A DNA stretch of 44,539 bases from NCBI GenBank assembly GCA_964465285.1, contig CAYXJG010000002.1:1-44539 (forward strand), given 5' to 3'. The DNA comes from an uncultured bacterium (lineage in GTDB: Bacteria > Cyanobacteriota > Cyanobacteriia > CAKZMO01). A program made the translations under genes and the position numbers. The notes beneath the pieces were generated by a model. The model did not search any database and was not told the DNA's origin. It saw only the letters and a program-made list of their open reading frames with translations. This document shows, one piece after another, positions 35,685 through 43,181 of this stretch (position 1 is the first letter of the stretch; every line of letters begins with the position of its first letter).

Positions 35685-35925
35685 ATGACTATCTCCTTGG
35701 ATTTACCATCAGAGTTAGAGAATGAGCTTTCTGCTGAGGCTTCCCAGCTTAAATTGCCTTTACCAGAGTATATTCTTCGCGTCCCCTCCTTTCGCCCTTT
35801 TCTACAAAACCCTCCCAAAACAGGGCTAGATTTTGTTGCCTACTGAGAAAGCGTTGGGGTGATCAACTCTCGACCCGATATCGCTAGCAGTCAGGAGCAC
35901 GCACGCAGGTTGCGCAATCAAGCTA
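35685..35925 (+). pseudogene. Small antitoxin-like gene with an in-frame TGA and a 3' end replaced by MITE A7
   Basis: MTISLDLPSELENELSAEASQLKLPLPEYILRV..PPKTGLDFVAY*ESVGVINSRPDIASSQEHARRLRNQAKH. The stop at 35844-35846 sits where relatives, as I recall them, have Trp (AYW). Confidence 0.4.
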
Positions 35926-36004
35926 AACACCAAAAAAATAGGGGTTTGCGGCGCGCTTAGCGCGCCGCAAACCCCTATTTTTTTGTGAAACTTGCCAAGT
36001 CGTG
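35926..36004 (-). mobile_element. MITE family A, copy A7 (one arm missing)
   Basis: AAAAATAGGGGTTTGCGGCGCGC-TTA-GCGCGCCGCAAACCCCTATTTTTTTGTGAAACTTGCCAAGTCGTG. Confidence 0.75.
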
Positions 36005-36243
36005 TTGGCAGACGGTTAAGCTCCACAGTGGTATGGCCTGGTAAATGTGGCCTTTGGTTGCAACAACGTCAATCGCCACTGCAACGCGATTGTGTGAACA
36101 AAATGTAATAAAAGCTTATCTTCCGATACCAGTTCCATCAAGTTATCCCTGCGATTATTACAAATCTTTGGGTTCTTTTAAGTTACTTTTCGAGAGAACC
36201 CGACTAAAGTCTAGGAAAAACACGTTTGATTTATCATTCGATT

Positions 36244-37683
36244 ATGGATCTTCTCTCCAATACCGTCGCTCTATCGCGCCTCCAGTTTGCGCTGACGGCG
36301 ATTTTTCACATGCTCTGGCCTGTACTCACGACAGGTATGGCTATCTACTTAGTCATCGTCGAAGGACTATGGCTCAAGACCCGTAATCCGACCTATTATC
36401 ACCACGCCCGCTTTTGGTCAAAGCTTTATGTCCTGAATTTTGGTATCGGTGTTGCCACAGGATTACCGATGGCGTTCCAGTTTGGTTTGAACTGGGCACC
36501 CTTCTCCGAATCTGTTGGCGATTTCTTTGGTACGATTCTTGGCTTTGAAGGCACCATGGCCTTTATGCTTGAAGCTAGCTTCCTCGGCATTATGCTATTT
36601 GGCTGGGATCGGGTGCCTGCTTTAGTTCACTACATTTCGACTATCCTGGTTGCCGTTGGTGCCAACTTGTCCACCTTCTGGATCTTGATGGCAAACTCCT
36701 GGCTTCAAACTCCTGCAGGTGGTGAGTTTGTGGATGGTAAATTTGTAGTTCATGACTTCTTCCAGGCGATGGCAAACCCGTTCATGGTGAACAGCTTCCT
36801 CCATATGTTCTTTGCCACGCTAGAGACTTCGCTCTTTGTGATTGGTGGCATTAGTGCCTGGTATCTGATAAACAAGCGCAATGAAGTATTTTTTGGGCGA
36901 TCGCTCAAAATTGTTGTAGGTGCTCTGGTTGTCATTGCCCCCCTGCAAATTTTCATCGGTCACCTCAGTGCTGAGCAGGTGTATCACTATCAACCGACGA
37001 AACTGGCCGCAATGGAAGCCCAGTGGGAAACCTTGCCTGCTGGACAAACTGCTGACTGGAGTTTGTTGGCACTTCCTAATGAGGAAACGGAGAGCAACAC
37101 TTGGGAAATCGTCGTTCCCAATGCGCTGGGCTATCTGCTGGAACTCAAGCCTAAGCTGACAGAACCTGTTCAGGGCCTCAAGTCCTGGCCGTCGGGCGAT
37201 CGCCCCCATATGGTCGGCCTGGTGTACTATTCTTTCCGCACCATGATTGGTATCGGCATGTTTTTTGCTGCACTAATGGCAATGACCGCTATCCAGTGGA
37301 TTCGTGGAAAGCTGGCTGCTCCTTATCTCAGTGAACAGCGATGGCTGCTGCGGAGCTGGATTTTTGCTGCCCCCCTGGGATATATCGCTGTAGAAACGGG
37401 TTGGATTGTGCGTTGTGTTGGCCGCCAACCCTGGACCGTCTATGGTGAGATACGCACGGTAGACGCCGCTTCAAATCTGCCCGCTGGTGAGATTTTGTTC
37501 TCCCTTTCCGGGCTAATGGCTATGTATAGCGTCTTCTTCATTGTCACCCTCTATTTTGGGAGCCGCATTATTCGCAATGGCCCTAATCTGAACCTGCCTC
37601 TGCCTCGGCAGAGCGGCGAAGTAGACCCCGCTCAGCACGAGCCAAATCGACGTCCACTAGAGAGTACGCAGCCTTCTAGTTGA
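36244..37683 (+). CDS. cydA: Cytochrome bd quinol oxidase subunit I
   Basis: MDLLSNTVALSRLQFALTAIFHMLWPVLTTGMAIYL...GWIVRCVGRQPWTVYG, the canonical CydA ends. Confidence 0.9.
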   Translation: MDLLSNTVALSRLQFALTAIFHMLWPVLTTGMAIYLVIVEGLWLKTRNPTYYHHARFWSKLYVLNFGIGVATGLPMAFQFGLNWAPFSESVGDFFGTILGFEGTMAFMLEASFLGIMLFGWDRVPALVHYISTILVAVGANLSTFWILMANSWLQTPAGGEFVDGKFVVHDFFQAMANPFMVNSFLHMFFATLETSLFVIGGISAWYLINKRNEVFFGRSLKIVVGALVVIAPLQIFIGHLSAEQVYHYQPTKLAAMEAQWETLPAGQTADWSLLALPNEETESNTWEIVVPNALGYLLELKPKLTEPVQGLKSWPSGDRPHMVGLVYYSFRTMIGIGMFFAALMAMTAIQWIRGKLAAPYLSEQRWLLRSWIFAAPLGYIAVETGWIVRCVGRQPWTVYGEIRTVDAASNLPAGEILFSLSGLMAMYSVFFIVTLYFGSRIIRNGPNLNLPLPRQSGEVDPAQHEPNRRPLESTQPSS

Positions 37684-37959
37684 GCGTAGAGCAATAATTA
37701 CATCAGGAGATGCGCTAAGTCATTCTGCATTTTTCGTAGGGCATACTCCAGAAGGATATGCTCTTACGAAAAATTGAAACCGCTGAAATTAAAGCCTTGC
37801 GTTAATTTTTGGGTGGGCAGTGCCCACTCTGCACGATTTTTGGGTGGGCAGCACTACCCGACTTAGGCCACCCTATGTTTAGGGGATTATCATCTAGCTA
37901 GAGGGTCTGTCCGTTAATCAGCCCCTTTACCATTCGCCTCCTCCCCCTTTCCCTTACCC

Positions 37960-38051
37960 GACTTGGCAAGCTTCATGAAAAAATAGGGGTTTAAGGGCGC
38001 GCGGTGCGCGCCCTTAAACCTTCATTCCTTCATAAACTTTGCCAAGTCGTG
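37960..38051 (+). mobile_element. MITE family A, copy A8, with 9-10-bp target-site duplication CCCTTACCC(G), inserted between cydA and cydB
   Basis: GACTTGGCAAGCTTCATGAAAAAATAGGGGTTTAAGGGCGCGC-GGT-GCGCGCCCTTAAACC..CATAAACTTTGCCAAGTCGTG. TSD at 37951-37959 and 38052-38060. Confidence 0.85.
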
Positions 38052-38083
38052 CCCTTACCCGAGTCATTCACGTCACTGCAATC

Positions 38084-39094
38084 ATGGAAACCCTTCAATA
38101 CTTTCTGCCCCAACTGTGGTTTGTTATCCTCGGCCTCTTTTTATTTCTCTATGTTTTACTCGATGGCTTTGATCTGGGTGTCGGCATTCTCTCTCTGACC
38201 TCTTCGACAGAGGAACGACGAGGCATTCTTATGACCAGTTTGGGGAATGTTTGGGACGCAAACGAAACCTGGTTAGTTCTTATGGGCGGGTCTTTATTCG
38301 GTGCATTTCCTCTAGCCTATGGAACGGTGCTAAATGCCCTGTATCTGCCAGCGGTCATCATGGTTGTCGGACTCATCTTTCGGGCGGTGTCTTTCGAGTT
38401 TCGGGAAAATGCAGATAACAAGCTCGTCTGGAACATCACATTTGGGGTCGGAAGTTTTTTGGCTGCGTTAGGGCAAGGCTTTGCCCTGGCTGCCATTTTT
38501 GAGGGCATTGCTGTAGATGAAGCAGGCCATTTCATTGGTGGTCCCTTTGACTGGCTGACCTGGCGCTCAGTAGTTGTAGCGCTGACATTGATTCAAGGAT
38601 ATGTGCTGATTGGCTCGGCATATCTTATCTTGAAGACGACAGGAGAATTACAGAAAACTCACTACAGGACTGCGAAACTTGCGGCGGTTACAACGTTTTT
38701 AGGAGCTGTGTTTATTACGGTAAGTGCTCCAATCTTTTCCGATGACGTGCGATCGCGCCTCTTCGACACGCCCCGAGTCTATCTTTTTGCCCTAATTCCA
38801 ATTTTTGGCACGATGTTGGTGATACTCCTACTCCGTAGCTTATTTCGAGAAGAGGAAACGACTCCCTTTGTCTGGACAGTACTCCTATTTACTTTATCTT
38901 TTGTCGGCCTTGGTTTCTTAATTTTTCCATATATTATTCCACCTAGCATCACCATTTATCAAGCGGCAGCCGACCCTGGCTCACTGGTCTTTATGGCGAT
39001 TTTTGTCGGCTTCCTCATTCCGATTCTGCTGGCATATACGCTCTATAACTATTTCGTGTTCCGAGGGAAAATTGCATCGGACGAATTCTATTAG
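38084..39094 (+). CDS. cydB: Cytochrome bd quinol oxidase subunit II
   Basis: METLQYFLPQLWFVILGLFLFLYVLLDGFDLGVGIL is the canonical CydB N-terminus. The ORF extension back to 38039 is MITE sequence. Confidence 0.9.
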   Translation: METLQYFLPQLWFVILGLFLFLYVLLDGFDLGVGILSLTSSTEERRGILMTSLGNVWDANETWLVLMGGSLFGAFPLAYGTVLNALYLPAVIMVVGLIFRAVSFEFRENADNKLVWNITFGVGSFLAALGQGFALAAIFEGIAVDEAGHFIGGPFDWLTWRSVVVALTLIQGYVLIGSAYLILKTTGELQKTHYRTAKLAAVTTFLGAVFITVSAPIFSDDVRSRLFDTPRVYLFALIPIFGTMLVILLLRSLFREEETTPFVWTVLLFTLSFVGLGFLIFPYIIPPSITIYQAAADPGSLVFMAIFVGFLIPILLAYTLYNYFVFRGKIASDEFY

Positions 39095-39157
39095 GGACTT
39101 GCAAGAAAATAAAGTACCAGAAGAGGGGCAAGCGAGCTTAGAATTGTTGTTTGGTGA
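39091..39157 (+). mobile_element. MITE family E, partial copy E4; its terminus overlaps the cydB stop codon
   Basis: TTAGGGACTTGCAAGAAAATAAAGTACCAGAAGAGGGG.., and the TAG at 39092-39094 is the cydB stop. Followed directly by F2. Confidence 0.6.
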
Positions 39158-39262
39158 CAGCAATTCTCATTTTGGGAAACTTCGCGTCCTATAGGCGCTC
39201 ACTTGTACAAATGTAGGCGACCTTTTTGTCCCCTACATTTTCATAATGAGATAGGAATTGCC
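39158..39262. mobile_element. MITE family F, copy F2 (inverted, internally deleted)
   Basis: CAGCAATTCTCATTTTGGGAAACTTCGCGTCCTATAGGCGCTCACTTGTACAAATGTAGGCGACCTTTTTGTCCCCTAC..CATAATGAGATAGGAATTGCC. Confidence 0.65.
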
Positions 39263-39352
39263 CGTCTGGTTTTGGTGGCTTGACGCCCTGCAAAATACGC
39301 AGTATTTACATAGTGCAACCCATACCCATATAAGAGTAGTGGCGATCGCACG

Positions 39353-40681
39353 ATGGTAACGGAATGGCTACGACGAGTTCGGGTACTTGACCCCCTTTCA
39401 CGAACGGATAGGGTCGCGGATGTGTGGGTCGTAAACGGGGTACTGGAGGCGATCGCCCACCCCGCTGACACGCCGCCGGCTGACAAAGACATCTCGGACA
39501 TCTGCATCACCGATGACTTGGGGTTGGTGCTGGCCCCAGGACTTGTTGACCTCTACAGCCACTCTGGGGAACCGGGCTATGAGTCACGGGAAACGTTGAA
39601 GAGCCTCACCGCCGGGGCGATCGCCGGAGGGTTTACTCGCCTCAATCTTTTGCCGGATACCTGGCCTGTACTGGACAATCCCGCCAGTATCGAGCATATT
39701 CGTCAACGCATTCATGCCTTCAGCCCGGTTCCCCATCTTGGAATTTGGGGTGCTATTACCTGCGAGGCTAAAGGCAAACAGATGGCTGAGTTTGGCGATC
39801 TTGTCCGCTCAGACGTGATTGGCTTTGCCGATGGGGTTCCTCTGGAAAATTCCGTTTTACTGCGGCGAGTGTTGGAATACAGTCAAGGGTTCCACAAGCC
39901 CCTGGCTCTGTGGCCGTGCGATCGCGCACTAACGTTAAACGGTTCTGCCCGCGAGAGCAATACCTCTATCCGCCTGGGACTCGTCGGCAACCCTGCCGCC
40001 TCTGAAACCACTGCCCTCGCGGCCCTGCTGGAGGCGATCGCCGCCGTGGTGACTTCTGTGTCTGACCAGACCTCTGCTGATGATGATGAGCATCGCTCTA
40101 CCCCCACCCATCTCATGCGCATCTCCACTGCGCGGGGTGTTGAACTGATTCAGTCGGCAAAAGCACGGGGGCTTCCCGTGACTGCTAGTACAACTTGGAT
40201 GCACTTGCTCTGGACGGTGCATGATCTGGCTCACTACAACCCCAACCTACGTCTTGAGCCGCCCTTGGGAACGGCGGAAGATCGGGCGGCTCTGGCAGAG
40301 GGCGTAAAAGCAGGTGTCATTGATGCGATCGCCATCGACCACACTCCCTACACATACGAGGAAAAGACAGTTGCCTTCTCCGATGCGCCTCCCGGAGTTA
40401 TTGGCCTGGAACTCGCCGTTGGGCTTCTCTGGGATCGCTTCGTTACTTCTGGCCAGTGGACTGCCTCAGAATTGTGGGCAGCCCTCAGCCTCCACCCTGC
40501 CCTCTGCATCAGCCAGCCTCCACCGACCCTCATGGTTGGGCAACCGGCGGAGATGGTGCTGTTTGCCCCAGATACATCCCGGAAAATCACCGTTCCCGCG
40601 CTACAATCAAAGGCATTTAATACTCCCTACATCAATCAAACCGTTCGGGGAACAATCCTCAAAACCTGGACACCTCCGTAG
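39353..40681 (+). CDS. Dihydroorotase-like amidohydrolase lacking canonical metal ligands (PyrC'-like, probably non-catalytic)
   Basis: Type I DHOase-like layout. Has [13 protein letters not shown] where DxHxH is expected, LMRISTARG where HxS is expected, and [11 protein letters not shown] where DHAPH is expected. Confidence 0.75.
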   Translation: MVTEWLRRVRVLDPLSRTDRVADVWVVNGVLEAIAHPADTPPADKDISDICITDDLGLVLAPGLVDLYSHSGEPGYESRETLKSLTAGAIAGGFTRLNLLPDTWPVLDNPASIEHIRQRIHAFSPVPHLGIWGAITCEAKGKQMAEFGDLVRSDVIGFADGVPLENSVLLRRVLEYSQGFHKPLALWPCDRALTLNGSARESNTSIRLGLVGNPAASETTALAALLEAIAAVVTSVSDQTSADDDEHRSTPTHLMRISTARGVELIQSAKARGLPVTASTTWMHLLWTVHDLAHYNPNLRLEPPLGTAEDRAALAEGVKAGVIDAIAIDHTPYTYEEKTVAFSDAPPGVIGLELAVGLLWDRFVTSGQWTASELWAALSLHPALCISQPPPTLMVGQPAEMVLFAPDTSRKITVPALQSKAFNTPYINQTVRGTILKTWTPP

Positions 40682-40763
40682 TAATCCGGTTAGCAGCAAC
40701 GCTGCCGCCATAGCGCTGCTCGCTACTTACTCTTATTCGCCCACCCTGCCGCGATCCTGCCCC

Positions 40764-41306
40764 ATGCCTTCTGAAGCCATCGAAATCCTCTCTGCCGAAG
40801 ACATTCGCCGTACGCTGACACGGCTGGCATCTGAAATTGTCGAACAGGCCGGTGATGTATCGTCGCTAGTGCTGATTGGAATTTACACGCGGGGCGTCCC
40901 CCTCGCCCACCTGCTGGCAAGTCAGATTGAAATGCTTGAAAACGTTCGCGTAGAGGTTGGCGCTCTAGACATCACCTTTTACCGGGATGACTTGGATAAA
41001 ATCAAGCTGCGCACCCCTGAAAAGACCAAAATTCCCTTTGACCTCTCAGGAAAAATTGTTGTGCTGGTAGATGATGTGATTTACAAAGGACGGACTATCC
41101 GGGCGGCACTAAACGCCGTGAACGACTACGGGCGTCCAGCCGCAATTCGGTTAGCCGTGCTGGTTGATCGAGGCCATCGAGAAGTCCCTATCCATCCTGA
41201 TTTTGTGGGTAAACAGTTACCCACAGCTAAAGAAGAAATTGTCAAGGTTTATTTAAGTGATGTGGATGGGCAGGATGCCATCGAACTGCTGCCGCGACCT
41301 CGATGA
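40764..41306 (+). CDS. pyrR: PyrR: bifunctional pyrimidine regulatory protein / uracil phosphoribosyltransferase
   Basis: 180 aa. [12 protein letters not shown].., PRPP loop [18 protein letters not shown], and [20 protein letters not shown]. The long ORF from 40314 overlaps the previous gene in another frame. Confidence 0.9.
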   Translation: MPSEAIEILSAEDIRRTLTRLASEIVEQAGDVSSLVLIGIYTRGVPLAHLLASQIEMLENVRVEVGALDITFYRDDLDKIKLRTPEKTKIPFDLSGKIVVLVDDVIYKGRTIRAALNAVNDYGRPAAIRLAVLVDRGHREVPIHPDFVGKQLPTAKEEIVKVYLSDVDGQDAIELLPRPR

Positions 41307-41320
41307 GTCTTTTCTCCTCT

Positions 41321-43051
41321 CTACTGCCGTAGCTCGTCACTGCCGGGGGCTGCCCAGCGGCAGGCAATGGGCATGCGCCAACCTGTACCGAAGGCGCGAT
41401 CGGTGACTTTTAAGCCTGGTGGGGCTTGCCGTCGCTTGAACTCGGCGCGGGTGACCAAGCGGACGACTTTGGTGACGATTGCCGGATCGTGGCCAGCGGT
41501 AACAATGGCTTTAAGAGACTGGTGCTGGTGGATGAGCCGATCCAGAATATCGTCCAGAACGTCGTAGGAGGGGAGAGAGTCTTGGTCGGTCTGGTCGGGT
41601 TTGAGTTCGGCGCTGGGGGGCTTTTGGAGGATGTTTGAAGGGATGATTTCGGTGGATTTTGGATTTTGGATTTTAGATTCTAGAGTGGAGGCACCTTGGC
41701 AGTTGAGCCAGTGGCAGAGGGCGTAGACGTGGGTTTTGGGAACGTCAGCGATCGCCCCGAGTCCCCCGTTCATGTCGCCGTAGAGGGTACAGTAGCCCAC
41801 GGCCATTTCGGATTTGTTGCCGGTGGTGAGGAGCAGGTGGCCGAACTTGTTGGAGATGGCCATGAGTAAGTTGCCCCGGATGCGGGACTGGATATTTTCT
41901 TCGGCGACGCCAAATTCGGTACCTGCAAACAGGTTTTCGAAGGTGTCGTCGTAGCCTTTCATTAAGGTGCCGATGGGTAAGATTTCGGTATGGATGCTGA
42001 GATTTTCTGCTAGGGCTTTGGCGTCGGTGAGGGAGTGGTTGGAACTGTAGGGCGAGGGCATGAGGACGCCCAGGACGTTGTCGGCTCCAAGGGCGGCTAC
42101 GGCGATCGCCGCCACCAGGGATGAGTCAATGCCCCCGCTGAGACCAATCACCACCTTGGCGAAGCCACACTTGTGGGTGTAGTCCCGCACGCCAAGCACC
42201 AGGGCGTTCCAGAGTTCTTCTTCGGGACAGGCGGGTTGGGGGGCGATCGCCCCTGGCACCAGATCACGGTTCTGGTCGTCTACGTTCACCATTACCAGAT
42301 CTGTTTGGAAGGCGGCGGCACGACAGCAAATTTCTCCGGTATGGCTGAAGCCGACGCTGCTGCCGTCGAAAATCAGGTCATCGTTCCCGCCTACTTGATT
42401 CACGTAGAGAATGGGGACGGAATAGCGGAGGGCGGCATGGCGCAGCATCGCTTCCCGGATGCCTTGCTTACCCAGGCTGTAGGGGGAACCGGACAGGTTA
42501 ACAATCAGCTCAGCTCTCTGCTGGGACAGGTCATTGAGGGGATTGGCGTGGTAATTGCGCCGCCCCCAAAATTCCTCATCGTTCCAGAGGTCTTCGCAGA
42601 TGGTGACGCCGATGCGGATGCCGTCTAGCACGAAGGTGTTGCTCTGGGAGTCTGGCTCGAAGTAGCGGTCGTCGTCAAAGACATCGTAGGTCGGCAGGAG
42701 TCGTTTGTGGAAGAACTGACGGACGGTGCCGTTTTCGAGTAAGGCAATGCTGTTGAAAAGAGGCTTACCTCCTTTTTCGGGCGATCGCACATTCCGTTCT
42801 GCCGTTCCCACCAGCACTGCCAGGTCGGGCGGGAGATCCTGCGCTAGTTGCGTAAGTGCCTCCGCCATCGCTGTGACGAAGTGGGGCTGCATCAGCAGAT
42901 CGCGGGGGGGGTAGCCTGAAATGGACAGCTCCGGGGTCAACATCAGCCGTGCCCCCTGGGATGCCGACGCTTGTGCGGCATCCAGGATGTGTTGGACATT
43001 GCCGTCAAGGTCTCCGATGGTGGGGTTGAGTTGGGCGATCGCAATTTTCAT
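41321..43051 (-). CDS. nadE: Glutamine-dependent NAD+ synthetase
   Basis: N-terminal CN-hydrolase domain (MKIAIAQLNPTIGDLDGN.., ICEDLW) and C-terminal NAD synthetase domain (GLSGGIDSS). Confidence 0.9.
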   Translation of the reverse strand: MKIAIAQLNPTIGDLDGNVQHILDAAQASASQGARLMLTPELSISGYPPRDLLMQPHFVTAMAEALTQLAQDLPPDLAVLVGTAERNVRSPEKGGKPLFNSIALLENGTVRQFFHKRLLPTYDVFDDDRYFEPDSQSNTFVLDGIRIGVTICEDLWNDEEFWGRRNYHANPLNDLSQQRAELIVNLSGSPYSLGKQGIREAMLRHAALRYSVPILYVNQVGGNDDLIFDGSSVGFSHTGEICCRAAAFQTDLVMVNVDDQNRDLVPGAIAPQPACPEEELWNALVLGVRDYTHKCGFAKVVIGLSGGIDSSLVAAIAVAALGADNVLGVLMPSPYSSNHSLTDAKALAENLSIHTEILPIGTLMKGYDDTFENLFAGTEFGVAEENIQSRIRGNLLMAISNKFGHLLLTTGNKSEMAVGYCTLYGDMNGGLGAIADVPKTHVYALCHWLNCQGASTLESKIQNPKSTEIIPSNILQKPPSAELKPDQTDQDSLPSYDVLDDILDRLIHQHQSLKAIVTAGHDPAIVTKVVRLVTRAEFKRRQAPPGLKVTDRAFGTGWRMPIACRWAAPGSDELRQ

Positions 43052-43092
43052 AAGATGCTGCCAGGTAAGAAATGGGTAAGACAAATACGTCA

Positions 43093-43154
43093 GGGCACAA
43101 ATGATTGGGGCACAAATGATTGGGACACAAATGATTGGGACACAAATTATCGGG
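43093..43154. repeat. 14-15-bp tandem repeat x4 (GGGrCACAAATGATT) between nrtR and nadE
   Basis: GGGCACAAATGATT GGGGCACAAATGATT GGGACACAAATGATT GGGACACAAATTATC. Confidence 0.85.
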
Positions 43155-43181
43155 CGCACAGCCGTGCGTCCCCACAGGAGA

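Noticed and set aside
36090-36120. TGTGAACAAAATGTAA upstream of cydA as a CRP or NtcA site
   Set aside because: It matches neither TGTGA-N6-TCACA nor GTA-N8-TAC on the second half-site.
36045-36386. 113-aa plus-strand ORF upstream of and overlapping cydA
   Set aside because: It overlaps the conserved CydA N-terminus out of frame, has no motifs, and lacks a ribosome-binding site.
40314-40763. 5' extension that makes pyrR a 330-aa ORF
   Set aside because: The extension overlaps the last 368 nt of the dihydroorotase-like gene in another frame and is Pro/Ser/Leu-rich. Canonical PyrR (180 aa) starts at MPSEAIEIL (40764).
43052-43159. N-terminal extension of nadE (MRPIICVPIICVPIICAPIIC...)
   Set aside because: It is a translation of the 14-15-bp tandem repeat. 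The conserved CN-hydrolase N-terminus MKIAIAQLNP starts at 43051.
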